Under the pieces are notes generated by a model. It saw only the letters and a list, made by a program, of their open reading frames with translations, was not told the DNA's origin and ran no database searches. From Nitrospirales bacterium (lineage in GTDB: Bacteria > Nitrospirota > Nitrospiria > Nitrospirales > UBA8639): a stretch of 64,000 nucleotides of DNA. The position numbers and the translations under genes are program-made. Numbering within the stretch: the first letter of the stretch is position 1; every line of letters starts with the position of its first letter. The DNA is taken from the NCBI GenBank assembly GCA_963555755.3, contig OY820905.2, forward strand, positions 800,001-864,000, written 5' to 3'. Positions 52,679 to 63,261 of this stretch are shown here, piece by piece.

Positions 52679-53929
52679 TTAGGGCGTTGATGATTGGAAA
52701 TGAAACTGATGGACTTCGCCCGCATCGGGCATCTTTGATAGATCGCCATAGGGGGCCCCTACAACTAAGTGTGCGCCAACTCCATGCATCGAAAGACCAA
52801 AAAGATCCGCCGCACCGGTGGTCTTTGAGGGATTGGGAATAGTGAACTGAAGCTGGTTGGTGTGTTTATTGAAGACAAACACGGTACCCACATCAACACC
52901 CGCAGTATCATCCCCGGGAGCAGCAACCACATAGAAGTTTTCAAGAAGCCCAACCGCTTCCCCAAAATGACCTCCCTTTTGAGGGTTGGGCGCTTCGAAT
53001 TTCTTTTGAAATTTTCCCTGATGCGTAAATAGATACGCGGCGCCAGCTTCGCCATGGGTAATCTTGCGGCCTAGAGCTCCCACCAACAACGTGTCAGCAT
53101 CGCAGGCGAGAGACCATCCAAAATATTCATTGGTTTGCGGGTCGGGTGATTCGAGCGTTCGTATCAGCTTGCCAGTTTCAATATCAAACACAAACACCTT
53201 TCCATGATCGATGGGCTCAACGCCTCCCAATGGGGCACTAATTGCAAGAGTGGAACCCCAAAAAGCCAGGGTATGGCCAAATCCATCAGCCTTCCCATGT
53301 GAAGCTTCCGGCGCCAAGAACCTTTGAACCAATTGTCCAGTGGCAATCTCAAACACGTACACTTCTCCGACATCAAATTTTGTCGGCGAACTCGCGCCAG
53401 GATCTCCAATGGCCACCCATCGGCCTTGAGTGGCAACCGCGTGACCAAACACTGCCGCGTTCGAATTTGGACTGATGAACTCTCGAACAAGCTGCCCACT
53501 CTCCCGATCAAATAAAGCAACCATTCCTGACGATCGCCCCAACTTCCCCCTTCCCTTAGGAGCACCGACAATGACAAAACGATCAGTCAGTCCAACGGAC
53601 AAACCAAACATATCATCCCCGACAGGAGAAGGAGGCAAAAAGGAATGGAGGACCTTCCCGGTTTCTCGCTGAAACAAAAAGGCTTTGCCCATTTGCCCTC
53701 GGGACCCAGCCGCATGAGGTGAACCAACTAGGACCGAGTCCCCTTCGCTGGCCACGGCAAATCCAAACCCATCCAATAATGTGGGCTTCAAAGATTGAAG
53801 GCTGTGCCCCTGTTCATACCATGACTGTCCAAAAGCCTGGCCAATAAAAACCACCAGGAGAAGGAGCGGAAGCATGGATTGTAAAAAAACCAGAGATGGG
53901 GAACATATACGTTTTCTCATTTTGTACAT
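52679..53929 (-). CDS. Secreted FG-GAP repeat beta-propeller protein
   Basis: Signal peptide; about seven FG..V.....VGAP......G.V..F repeats. Confidence 0.85.
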   Translation of the reverse strand: MYKMRKRICSPSLVFLQSMLPLLLLVVFIGQAFGQSWYEQGHSLQSLKPTLLDGFGFAVASEGDSVLVGSPHAAGSRGQMGKAFLFQRETGKVLHSFLPPSPVGDDMFGLSVGLTDRFVIVGAPKGRGKLGRSSGMVALFDRESGQLVREFISPNSNAAVFGHAVATQGRWVAIGDPGASSPTKFDVGEVYVFEIATGQLVQRFLAPEASHGKADGFGHTLAFWGSTLAISAPLGGVEPIDHGKVFVFDIETGKLIRTLESPDPQTNEYFGWSLACDADTLLVGALGRKITHGEAGAAYLFTHQGKFQKKFEAPNPQKGGHFGEAVGLLENFYVVAAPGDDTAGVDVGTVFVFNKHTNQLQFTIPNPSKTTGAADLFGLSMHGVGAHLVVGAPYGDLSKMPDAGEVHQFHFQSSTP

Positions 53930-54085
53930 TCTCGCTCGTGCTCAGAGTTTGCGATGAAAACAAAAGAAGTTCAACATAGGATACTACAACATGCTATCAT
54001 GCCCGGAGGACAGAAACCCAACTAGCATCTCTCACCCAAATCCTATTTGCCGCAACGCATTCTTCATTACGAATTATTGTCACTC

Positions 54086-54871
54086 ATGCCAACTTGGCCT
54101 CTTCCCAAACGCGACCCGTGGTCTACTCCCTTTGCCGAAACATTGCTCTCTCAACTTGACCTCACACCTGGGTTAACGATTCTTGATGTAGCGAGTGGCC
54201 ATGGCCTTCCGGCATTTTACCTGGCGGAACAAACTGGGCCTACAGGGAAAGTGCTCGGGATTGATATTCACCCCACTCAACTCGCCCGAGCCCGGTCGAT
54301 TCAAGGCCAGCAACTCCCCTGGCTACAATTCGAGGAACACGATGTTCGACACCTCCCCTCCACCTTACCGTCCTTTGACCGGATCACCGGCAACCTGTCC
54401 TTTATGTTTTTTCGACCCAATCGTTTTGAGGCTCTTCAAGACTTGATTCGCCATCTGCAGCCTGGTGGGCAACTGGTTCTGACCTTTCCATCCATGGGCA
54501 CGTTTGACTCACTCTGGCAACGGGTCGATCAGGAGATGAACACTCGCCGGCTAGATAAAGAACGCACCAAGTTGTGGGACTATATTCACGAACGACCTTC
54601 CGCCCAAGACGCGCGCCACTGGCTCGAACAATTGCAGATGGAACGTATTGTCGTTGAAGATCAGCCGCTCGAAGTCGAAACCGGACCCGGGCAAGAGTTT
54701 CTATGGCACCCCCTACTCCGAGGAGGATTTCTCGATGATGTGTTTGAATGTTTTGAAGACCAACAACTCGCAGACAAATTCATGACGACTATCTCCCACG
54801 ATGTGTCCAGCTTCACACCCCTCATGGCTCAACGATGCGTGATGGCAGGATGGAAACCCCTTCAGCCCTAA
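54086..54871 (+). CDS. Class I SAM-dependent methyltransferase
   Basis: ILDVASGHG, VLGIDI, LQPGGQL. Confidence 0.85.
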   Translation: MPTWPLPKRDPWSTPFAETLLSQLDLTPGLTILDVASGHGLPAFYLAEQTGPTGKVLGIDIHPTQLARARSIQGQQLPWLQFEEHDVRHLPSTLPSFDRITGNLSFMFFRPNRFEALQDLIRHLQPGGQLVLTFPSMGTFDSLWQRVDQEMNTRRLDKERTKLWDYIHERPSAQDARHWLEQLQMERIVVEDQPLEVETGPGQEFLWHPLLRGGFLDDVFECFEDQQLADKFMTTISHDVSSFTPLMAQRCVMAGWKPLQP

Positions 54872-54880
54872 AAGGGCACC

Positions 54881-55237
54881 TTATTCCTTCTCAGAATGAC
54901 TAGAAGGCAAATCAATCACATGGCGAGTCGGTTCCTTCGAAGACGATTCACGTGTACACAGTTCAAACGGCGGGATATCCTCCTGCAAACGTTTCAATAA
55001 TCGACGAATAAATTTTTGGCTTGGGGCTTCACAACGCCATACATACTTCCCCGTTTCAAGTTCATGGAAATGCCGCTTCATACAAAAACGTGGGTCTTCC
55101 ATAAAATACGCGGACAAAAACCCAGTGATCGCATGCACCACCCAATCATGTTCTTGGGTATAGCGAAAACTCACTTCAATCTCATGGATTTCAACTGACT
55201 CGTCACCAGCCATTGGGATCCTTTCGTCAATACTCAT
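54881..55237 (-). CDS. Hypothetical protein
   Basis: 118-aa ORF filling the intergenic gap. Confidence 0.6.
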   Translation of the reverse strand: MSIDERIPMAGDESVEIHEIEVSFRYTQEHDWVVHAITGFLSAYFMEDPRFCMKRHFHELETGKYVWRCEAPSQKFIRRLLKRLQEDIPPFELCTRESSSKEPTRHVIDLPSSHSEKE

Positions 55238-55376
55238 TCAGAGCTGGAAGGTTTTCCGGCCTCGAGTGTCCCATGATGAAGCGATCCCGTTCAAGAACCG
55301 CGTAATTGTGCTAGTCATCAACCTTTGTTAACTTTACGAACCTTGTGCAACTTTGCCATCTTGAAAAGGACTTTTT

Positions 55377-56159
55377 ATGTCACAACATGCCAATCCACAG
55401 ACCAATGACTCAGATCCACCTGAACCACCCGAACCAACCTATGCGGAACGGGCTCGAACCCTCATGCACATTGCACCTGTCGCCACCCTGTGCACAACGT
55501 CTCAGAAACATCCCGATTGGCCGTTTGGATCGATCGTAACCTATGGCCTCGATGATACAGGCAATCCTTCGTTTCTCATCAGCACAATGGCCATGCATAC
55601 CAAGAATATCATGATCGATGCGCGAGCCAGTGTGTTCGTCATGCAACCTGGGGGAGAACAAAATCCATTGGGCGCGGCCCGCGTCACCATTATGGGCAAA
55701 GTAACGAAAGTGTCAAAAGATCAAGACGCTGCCATCCGCGCACCATATTTAGCCCGCCACCCGAAGGCGAGCTATTGGGCCGATTTTGGGGATTTCTCGT
55801 TTTACCTAATGGACACCATCGATGTGTATTATGTCGGTGGTTTTGGATCGATGGGATGGGTCTCCGCGGAAGAGTATGCCTTGGCCCAAGTCGATCCACT
55901 GGCCGATGCGGGACCAGGACTCATTGACCACCTCAATGCCGATCACACAAACACCTTGCTGTTACTCGCCAGAGCTTCTGGCCAGCCCGATACAGAGGAG
56001 GCCACCTTGACAGCCATCGATCGGTTAGGATTTCATCTGCGGCTTAAGATCAAGGACCGCTACACTGGCAGGCGATTGACCTTTCCACAAGAGCTCAAGA
56101 GTCCCGATGATGCCCGACCCGTTTTTGCAAACATGGTGAAGCACGCGAAGGGGGACTAA
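55377..56159 (+). CDS. HugZ-family pyridoxamine 5'-phosphate oxidase-like protein
   Basis: PFGS..Y, IST.A.HT.N, ARVT..G, DF.DF, YVGGFG, IDHLNADH. Confidence 0.88.
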   Translation: MSQHANPQTNDSDPPEPPEPTYAERARTLMHIAPVATLCTTSQKHPDWPFGSIVTYGLDDTGNPSFLISTMAMHTKNIMIDARASVFVMQPGGEQNPLGAARVTIMGKVTKVSKDQDAAIRAPYLARHPKASYWADFGDFSFYLMDTIDVYYVGGFGSMGWVSAEEYALAQVDPLADAGPGLIDHLNADHTNTLLLLARASGQPDTEEATLTAIDRLGFHLRLKIKDRYTGRRLTFPQELKSPDDARPVFANMVKHAKGD

Positions 56160-56285
56160 TCAGGTGGATAGGCTGAAGGCTGAAGGGTTTAGGAGTGGCA
56201 ATCATGCGTGATCATACAAAACGTCAGGTATTATAAGTGATAGCCTTCAGTCTTTAGCCTTCAGCCTAAATACCTGAGTCACCAC
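56152..56285. mobile_element. MITE-F, diverged copy
   Basis: CAGGTGGATAGGCTGAAGG..CCTTCAGCCTAAATACCTGAG, matching 41448-41580; ends approximate. Confidence 0.75.
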
Positions 56286-56303
56286 ACGACTTAAAGGAGT
56301 GAC

Positions 56304-57989
56304 ATGGCCACAAACGACAAACAAATAATTTTCTCACTCATTGGCGTCGGCCGAATCCATCCCCCGAAAAAACACGTGCTCAAAAATATCTACCTTTCGT
56401 TTTACTATGGCGCGAAGATCGGCGTCTTGGGACTCAACGGATCGGGTAAAAGCTCACTCCTCCGCATTATTGCTGGCGTGGACCAAGACTATATCGGCGA
56501 GATTACCATGTCCAAAGGTTACACCGTCGGGTTACTGGAACAGGAGCCACAACTCGACCCTGAGAAAACTGTCAAAGAAGTGGTGGAACAGGCACGGAAG
56601 GAACTCATTGACATGTTAGCCGAGTACGAGTCAGTGAGTAACCGGCTGGGTGACCCCATGGAACCCGATGAGATGGAAAAGCTGCTGGAGAAACAAAGCA
56701 CGCTGCAAGAAAAAATTGAGGCTGTGGATGGGTGGGAGTTGGAAAACCAACTGGACATTGCCATGGATGCACTTCGCTGTCCGCCGCCCGAGACTAAAAT
56801 CGGAATCCTCTCCGGAGGAGAAAAACGGCGCGTGGCTCTGTGTCGCCTCATGATTCAAGAGCCCGACATCTTGTTGCTCGACGAGCCTACGAATCATTTG
56901 GACGCCGAATCCGTGCAATGGTTGGAGCAGCACCTTCAACAATACAAAGGCACGGTGATTGCCGTGACCCATGATCGCTATTTCCTCGACAACGTGGCCG
57001 GATGGATTCTCGAACTGGATCGTGGGCAGGGCATACCCTACGAAGGCAATTACACCTCTTGGCTCGAACAAAAACAAGCCCGCCTTGCAAAAGAAGAAAA
57101 AACCGAATCCAAACGACGCAAAACGTTGGAACATGAATTAGAATGGATCCGAATGTCGCCCAAAGGCCGACAGGCCAAGGGGAAAGCCCGTGTCACCCGC
57201 TACGAAGAACTGGTCAGCGAGGAACATGAAAAAATTGCGGATGATTTGGAAATTTACATCCCCGCTGGTCCCCGCCTTGGTGAACTCGTCATCGAAGCGA
57301 AAGGCCTGACCAAAGCCTTCGGCGACAAACTCTTATTCGAAAACCTCACGTTTAATTTACCGCGAGGCGGAATCGTTGGGGTCATCGGTCCCAACGGGGC
57401 AGGAAAGACCACCCTGTTTCGGATGATCACGGGCGAAGAAAAACCCGACGCAGGCTCCTTCAATATCGGCGAGACCGTCAAGCTCGGTTACGTGGATCAA
57501 GACCGTACGTTGGATGGAATGAAAAACGTGTGGGAAGTCATCTCTGGAGGACAAGACACGATCAAGCTTGGCAAGAAAGAGATTAACTCGCGGGCCTATG
57601 TCAGCCGATTTAATTTTGGCGGCACCGAACAACAAAAGAAAGTGAAAGATCTCTCCGGAGGAGAACGCAATCGCGTCCACTTGGCGAGCATGCTCAAGGA
57701 AGGCGCGAACGTTCTCATCTTGGACGAACCCACCAATGATTTAGACGTGAATACATTACGCGCGCTTGAAGAAGGCTTGGAACAATTCGGCGGCTGTGCA
57801 GTCATTAGCAGCCATGATCGATGGTTCTTAGATAGGATCGCGACGCACATCTTAGCCTTCGAAGGAAACAGCCAGGTCGTCTGGTTTGAAGGCAACTACA
57901 GCGAATACGAAGCCAGTCGCAAAAAACGCCTCGGCAAAGACGCCGACCAACCCCACCGCATTCGCTATCGGAAACTGGCAAGGGAATAG
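56304..57989 (+). CDS. ettA: Energy-dependent translational throttle ABC-F protein
   Basis: GAKIGVLGLNGSGKS, two ABC domains, ELEWIR..PKGRQAK.KAR, C-terminal RIRYRKL. Confidence 0.95.
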   Translation: MATNDKQIIFSLIGVGRIHPPKKHVLKNIYLSFYYGAKIGVLGLNGSGKSSLLRIIAGVDQDYIGEITMSKGYTVGLLEQEPQLDPEKTVKEVVEQARKELIDMLAEYESVSNRLGDPMEPDEMEKLLEKQSTLQEKIEAVDGWELENQLDIAMDALRCPPPETKIGILSGGEKRRVALCRLMIQEPDILLLDEPTNHLDAESVQWLEQHLQQYKGTVIAVTHDRYFLDNVAGWILELDRGQGIPYEGNYTSWLEQKQARLAKEEKTESKRRKTLEHELEWIRMSPKGRQAKGKARVTRYEELVSEEHEKIADDLEIYIPAGPRLGELVIEAKGLTKAFGDKLLFENLTFNLPRGGIVGVIGPNGAGKTTLFRMITGEEKPDAGSFNIGETVKLGYVDQDRTLDGMKNVWEVISGGQDTIKLGKKEINSRAYVSRFNFGGTEQQKKVKDLSGGERNRVHLASMLKEGANVLILDEPTNDLDVNTLRALEEGLEQFGGCAVISSHDRWFLDRIATHILAFEGNSQVVWFEGNYSEYEASRKKRLGKDADQPHRIRYRKLARE

Positions 57990-58081
57990 AATGCTAATTT
58001 CCCCCTACACCAAAATTTAGCAGGGCCGAAACTTTTTCAAGATCACGTGGCAGGAATTCCTACACTCTGTCTTCTATTCAA

Positions 58082-58222
58082 GGGTACCTCTAAAAACCAG
58101 GCATTTTATGTGAGAGCAAGGAAGCCGCGCGCGGAAAACCGGAATGTATGGGCGAATACATGAGGATGTGAGCACACGGCTGACGCCGCCATCACGGAAA
58201 AGGACGGTTTGTAGAGGTGCCC
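58082..58222. mobile_element. MITE-G
   Basis: TIRs present; TCAA duplicated at the flanks. Confidence 0.9.
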
Positions 58223-58314
58223 TCAAATCTTTCTCGGCACCATGGCCTTTAGGTGGCTTTGCAAATTTTGTATTCGTCGTTCTAAATCACTGGGGTTTTT
58301 TCACAATTGGACAA

Positions 58315-59100
58315 TCACGGATTGGTCGAGTCAGGATGTCCAACTGCCCTTTGTTGACAAGCCAATATCATCCAGGCTGTGGCTAGGGCAGCGATAACAT
58401 GTTTCAGAGAATGGCCGCTGATTATTTGCGTGATCGAATAGATCTCGGCATCAAAGAACTCAACAATTTTGGCCAGAAGGTACGTTCCCAAGATTGCCCA
58501 AAGAAATGGACTCCGCATGAACCGCGTTCCAAATAACCCGAGCATCACGGGAATGAGTAACATTGGCAGAAACTGGACCAAGCCATATGGCCGCAAATCC
58601 CCCATTTCCCACAGTTCGGTCACATACCAATATCCAACCGAACCGGCACCAATTCCAATAAGTGGCCACAGCAGAACCGTTCCAATTTTTGGAGACACGG
58701 TATCTGCGATGATCATGGCCAACAATGCCATGAACGACACGGTCATGGGCAACCGATCCCACACGAGCGTGGCGTTGTTTGGATTAACATGGTAGTAGGC
58801 AGAGCCCAGACCAACGAATCCAACCCCGAGAAAAAAGACATGGTAGGCCAGTCGCATGTCAGCAGATTCCAACGCGAACCCTTTTGCCCGCGATGCCAAG
58901 AACCCCAGGATTCCCACGAGAATAAACAACGAATTGGTGGCTACGTTTACAAAATTGTGGATGCCGAAAAATGCCGTGGTATCGGCAAAGCGATGATAGC
59001 TCGAATCTTGGGGAACTGGATCAATAAACCATGGGACGATGACCCCACAACCCAAAAGACCCACTAAGACACTGTGCCTCCAATTCCATTGGGCAGTCAT
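58315..59100 (-). CDS. Ceramidase-like (CREST superfamily) membrane hydrolase
   Basis: Q...YH.FAD, GSAYYH..P.N.TLVWDRLPMT, SGHSLKH. Confidence 0.85.
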   Translation of the reverse strand: MTAQWNWRHSVLVGLLGCGVIVPWFIDPVPQDSSYHRFADTTAFFGIHNFVNVATNSLFILVGILGFLASRAKGFALESADMRLAYHVFFLGVGFVGLGSAYYHVNPNNATLVWDRLPMTVSFMALLAMIIADTVSPKIGTVLLWPLIGIGAGSVGYWYVTELWEMGDLRPYGLVQFLPMLLIPVMLGLFGTRFMRSPFLWAILGTYLLAKIVEFFDAEIYSITQIISGHSLKHVIAALATAWMILACQQRAVGHPDSTNP

Positions 59101-59285
59101 AGACAGCTCCCCCCAGAGGCCATGAAACACAAGGCCAACGCTCGTTTTCGGCCCATCTGGAAATCTTCAACCCCAATACCGTACAATCGCATTGCGCAGC
59201 GATGGGAATTTCTGATATCCAGCTTGTGTTACAATGGCTCATTTTTCCCATTGTTCATTGCTAGAAAAGAACAGGACGGCGCCCG

Positions 59286-59507
59286 TTGCACATTCCGACC
59301 CAACCAGACATTTGGATTGCACGAGTCATTGGCATCATCGCAATTGCCTCGGGGTTTGTTCTTGGGATCGAAGGCCTGGATCAGCCTGGTTCTATGTGGC
59401 TCTCCACTGCCCTGGGATTAATCGTGATAGGACTCTGCGCCCAAGGCTATGCCTTCTATCGCACCATCACCAAAAAAATTCAACCAACCGTCAAAAAGGA
59501 TGCATGA
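59286..59507 (+). CDS. Small membrane protein (2 TM)
   Basis: Hydrophobic ORF overlapping the start of the next gene. Confidence 0.55.
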   Translation: MHIPTQPDIWIARVIGIIAIASGFVLGIEGLDQPGSMWLSTALGLIVIGLCAQGYAFYRTITKKIQPTVKKDA

Positions 59508-59953
59508 TGTTGTTTCATTTTCTTCTACCTGCCACACACCGCCCTCTGACCACTCTCAAACTCTGGGCTGGCTTGGCTATGATCATCGTGTCACTTGGAG
59601 CCTGTAGCCATTGGCGTGATTCCTATCTCAAAAGCGCCGTAGAGGAAGCGACCCAAGATGATATTGTCGCAAAATTTGGAGATCCCTGGCGCAAGAAAGA
59701 GTCACTGTTACATGGTGGATCGACGTGGATTTACCGCTATGTCTTGACCAAAAGCGAACTCGATCCCATGGGGATCAATACGTTAGGCAAGGGGGTGAGC
59801 CAGGCCGCCAACTCAGCGGCATCGATATTGGGGAAAGGCGATCCCAATGTTGGCGCAGATAAACTCCAATGTTTCCACTATCTGCTCACCTTTGATCAAG
59901 CCAAAATTCTTAAGGATTGGGTTCGAGAATCCTGCACTCGCACGTCTCTATGA
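59504..59953 (+). CDS. Hypothetical lipoprotein
   Basis: LGAC lipobox; FG.P..W.YRY and C..Y.LTFD..IL..W. Confidence 0.7.
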   Translation: MMLFHFLLPATHRPLTTLKLWAGLAMIIVSLGACSHWRDSYLKSAVEEATQDDIVAKFGDPWRKKESLLHGGSTWIYRYVLTKSELDPMGINTLGKGVSQAANSAASILGKGDPNVGADKLQCFHYLLTFDQAKILKDWVRESCTRTSL

Positions 59954-61131
59954 CCGGGACGCACCTATCGACATTCTTCGCTCCCTGCCCTCGAGGACTG
60001 GAGGCTGTCCTCCGTGACGAGCTCACTCACGTACAGGCTGAACACTCTGAAGCACTGCAGGGAGGAGTTCGATTTTGTGGGCCATTTGATTTGTGTTATC
60101 GTGTCAATCTTCACAGTCGGATTGCCAGCCGAGTGTTATGGGCCATCTCCGAGCGCTCCTATCGGACTGAGAAAGACATTTACCACGCAGCATTGGCACT
60201 CCCCTGGCCTTCCTGGTTTTCCGTCAACAATCGCATTAAAGTCCATGTCAGTGCTCACCATTGTCCCCTGCCCAGTCTGGACTTTGTCACGCTACGAATC
60301 AAAGACGCAATTTGCGATCACTTTCGCAAGGCCATAGGCACTCGCCCAAACGTGGATACTCGCCATCCCGACATCGGGATTTATGCATTTTTAGATGAGC
60401 ATACGGTCACCTTCTACCTGGATACCACAGGAGACCCGTTATTTAAACGAGGGCTTCGCAAAACCCAAGGCCCCTCCCCGTTAAGAGAAAACCTAGCCGC
60501 GGGCATTTTGCATCTAGCCGGATGGACACCAGGAGATGTGTTGCTCGACCCCATGTGCGGGAGTGGCACCTTTCTCCTCGAGGCAGCCCAAATGGCTGGC
60601 AACATTGCCCCGGGACTCAACCGTCACTTTGCCTTTGAAAATTTTTTGCACTTTGCTCAAGCAACATGGGCACAATTACGCACCAAAAGCTTGGCCGCGC
60701 AACGATCGATTCCACCGGAAACCCTGTTTGGATTTGACCACGATTCGCAAGCCGTCAAGGCAGCGAACACGAATGTAGATGCGGCTGGGTTCGGAGACGC
60801 GATCACCATTGGACAGGCGGATATCCTGGATGTCCAGCCCCCGCATCCGCACGGGCTGCTTGTGACCAATCCGCCATATGGAGTTCGCAGCGGGGAGGAT
60901 TCGAAACTGGCCGAATGGTACCCTCAACTCGGCGATGCGCTCAAACGCCACTTTGTGGGTTGGCGAGCGTTTTTCTTTACGGCGGATCTACGATTGCCAA
61001 AACTCATTAGACTATCAGCTGCACGGAGAACGCCTCTGTTTAATGGCGCACTCGAATGTCGACTCTTTGAATATTCCATTGTGCAAGGCAGCCATCGTGC
61101 GAAACTCAAAACCGAAACACTTACGACCTAA
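59950..61131 (+). CDS. THUMP-domain rRNA methyltransferase (RlmL-like)
   Basis: CPRGLE, NLHSRIASR, L.KRG, PLRENLAAG, DPMCGSGT, TNPPYG. Confidence 0.9.
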   Translation: MTGTHLSTFFAPCPRGLEAVLRDELTHVQAEHSEALQGGVRFCGPFDLCYRVNLHSRIASRVLWAISERSYRTEKDIYHAALALPWPSWFSVNNRIKVHVSAHHCPLPSLDFVTLRIKDAICDHFRKAIGTRPNVDTRHPDIGIYAFLDEHTVTFYLDTTGDPLFKRGLRKTQGPSPLRENLAAGILHLAGWTPGDVLLDPMCGSGTFLLEAAQMAGNIAPGLNRHFAFENFLHFAQATWAQLRTKSLAAQRSIPPETLFGFDHDSQAVKAANTNVDAAGFGDAITIGQADILDVQPPHPHGLLVTNPPYGVRSGEDSKLAEWYPQLGDALKRHFVGWRAFFFTADLRLPKLIRLSAARRTPLFNGALECRLFEYSIVQGSHRAKLKTETLTT

Positions 61132-61146
61132 CCAGAAGGTTTTCTG

Positions 61147-61494
61147 ATGCCACAGATTCACAAAAGCGGAGCATTCTTACAACAATGTTTCTCCGTCCAT
61201 CCGTTATCCCTCAGTGTAAAAATGCTAACGCTTCCGGACAAAATGGGAATAGCATGTGTCAATTGCAAGTTCCGCCACCGACTCACCATTGAAAAATTTT
61301 CTCGAATCATTGGAAATTTGGCATCGTTCGATGAAGGTGCGGCCACGAGCTTGGAATCCTGTATCAGCCAACATCAAGAAGCGATCCATGTGACTGAAGT
61401 CAGTGTAGGAAAAGATATCGTGCAATTCCGATGTCGCCACTGCAAAACAGGATTTCAAGTCCGCATCACCTTGTATGAAACCTACCAACCGTAA
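61147..61494 (+). CDS. Hypothetical protein with two CxxC motifs
   Basis: CVNC and CRHC, with an internally duplicated C..H motif. Confidence 0.7.
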   Translation: MPQIHKSGAFLQQCFSVHPLSLSVKMLTLPDKMGIACVNCKFRHRLTIEKFSRIIGNLASFDEGAATSLESCISQHQEAIHVTEVSVGKDIVQFRCRHCKTGFQVRITLYETYQP

Positions 61495-61495
61495 A

Positions 61496-61709
61496 GGGAA
61501 TGTTGAAAAAAGCATGCCCTGAGTCTTTCCGAAGGGTCTATCCAGCAAGGCCGCAGCCCTTTTGACGCGCGGAGCGTACTCTCAGTACGTGAGCACGGCA
61601 AAAGGGCGAGAACGCCGCTGGCGGCTTTTTTCAACATTCCCTCCCACTGATGCGAGCAGGCTTACCTGGAGCAGGTATGGGTCATGGACCCGAAACATTC
61701 AACAGACCC
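61496..61709. mobile_element. MITE-C with its core inverted relative to the tail
   Basis: Core is the reverse complement of the 13663 copy while the tail keeps the same orientation. Confidence 0.88.
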
Positions 61710-61794
61710 CTAAAGATAAAACCTCGACGGCATTTCGTATCTCGTCATGCAAGAGCCAAAAAATTACCAGCTTCCTTTTCCAGCCTCTTGGCAG

Positions 61795-61830
61795 AAAAAA
61801 AAAGAGCCGCCCCATGTGGAACGGCTCTTT
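61795..61830 (-). terminator. Intrinsic terminator after the peroxiredoxin gene
   Basis: GAGCCG..CGGCTC hairpin with a T-run on the minus strand. Confidence 0.75.
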
Positions 61831-61858
61831 CGGAAAAAACGAGGCTTGCGAGAAGGTC

Positions 61859-62494
61859 TTACTTGTTGGGCTGTGGCGTGAACCGAAGATAAGGCTTCAC
61901 GGCCCGGTGGCCCTTGGGAAATTTGGAGGGAATCTCTTCATCCTTCACCGCAGGAACAATGATACAATCTTCCCCGTCCTTCCAATTGGCTGGGGTGGCC
62001 ACCTGATGCTTGGCCGTCAGTTGTAACGAGTCCACCACACGAAGAATTTCATCAAAATTTCTTCCAGTCGAGGCTGGATAGGTGAGGGTCAGTTTCACCT
62101 TTTTGTCCGGTCCAATCACAAACACCGACCGCACGGTCATATTATCCAACGCATTAGGATGAATCATGTCATAGAGATTGGCAACCGTCCGGTCCGGATC
62201 CGCGATGATTGGATAACTCACCGTACAATTTTGCGTCTCATTGATATCGTTTATCCAACTTTTATGAGAATCCAACGGATCCACACTCACTGCTAACACT
62301 TTCACGTTCCGCTTTTTGAATTCATCGGAAATTTTTGCGACAGCACCAAGCTCAGTAGTACAGACTGGGGTAAAATCTTTGGGATGGGAAAACAAAATAC
62401 CCCACCCATCACCCAACCATTCATGAAAATTCACGGTGCCTGCCGTGGTTTCCGCCGTAAAATTTGGAGCCTCGTCACCTAAGCGAAGTGCCAT
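61859..62494 (-). CDS. 1-Cys peroxiredoxin (Prx6 type)
   Basis: FSHPKDFTPVCTTE, YPASTGRNFDE, VATPANW. Confidence 0.95.
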   Translation of the reverse strand: MALRLGDEAPNFTAETTAGTVNFHEWLGDGWGILFSHPKDFTPVCTTELGAVAKISDEFKKRNVKVLAVSVDPLDSHKSWINDINETQNCTVSYPIIADPDRTVANLYDMIHPNALDNMTVRSVFVIGPDKKVKLTLTYPASTGRNFDEILRVVDSLQLTAKHQVATPANWKDGEDCIIVPAVKDEEIPSKFPKGHRAVKPYLRFTPQPNK

Positions 62495-62737
62495 GATGTA
62501 TTCCTCCTCATTCAAAATAATATATCAGATGGATGATAGGATAGCCGAGCAGTCAAACCGCCAATCGGTTACCTTTTCAGACTACCAGAAAGTATACGCC
62601 CCCCTGAAAAACCGAGTCAACTAGGAGCCTGCGAATCCACGTTGGCGATCAAATCATACCCATGGGGACCCATCGTATTCCAGAAGATCCTCGGTTGCTC
62701 AGCCGTGAATTCAATTGAGGCGATCGACTTGATACTT

Positions 62738-63133
62738 TTAAAATCCATACTTCCACAGCACGGCCATAGTCCAGGGTTCGACGCACCGGTGTCGATACCG
62801 GCGCTCTTCCATCGGCATGATTCTAAGCAAATCAACGACATCGATGAGTTGAGGTTTGTGGACCAACCCTTTGCTCTCAAGAGTCCGAGACCGAGGCTTG
62901 AAATCACCGACACGTTTCCAAATGTCATCCTTGGCTTCACTGCATTCATAAAAGTTATTGTACGGAGCTGCAATATGTTCCTCCGTGATGGCCCGATCTC
63001 GTTTCAACTCCGAATTCCGTGTAGCCGGATACACCTGCCGATCCAAATCTGAACACTCAAAATTCTTGGGAGTCCTTGAAAATTCCTCTTCACTGACAAA
63101 CATCGAACACCCGGACAGTGCACCAGTGGCCAA
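62738..63133 (-). CDS. Hypothetical lipoprotein-like ORF; possibly a pseudogene (in-frame TGA upstream in the putative signal peptide)
   Basis: LSGC lipobox; start not resolved. Confidence 0.4.
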   Translation of the reverse strand: MATGALSGCSMFVSEEEFSRTPKNFECSDLDRQVYPATRNSELKRDRAITEEHIAAPYNNFYECSEAKDDIWKRVGDFKPRSRTLESKGLVHKPQLIDVVDLLRIMPMEERRYRHRCVEPWTMAVLWKYGF

Positions 63134-63261
63134 AACGCTCGGGAATACGCCAGGCAGGAGGAAGAATCACCTGAGACACAGTTGACCTTTTTAACCCAAC
63201 AAGAAATGATCGAACACACGCGTATATAACGTTACCCTACCAACCAAAATTTGGGATTTAT

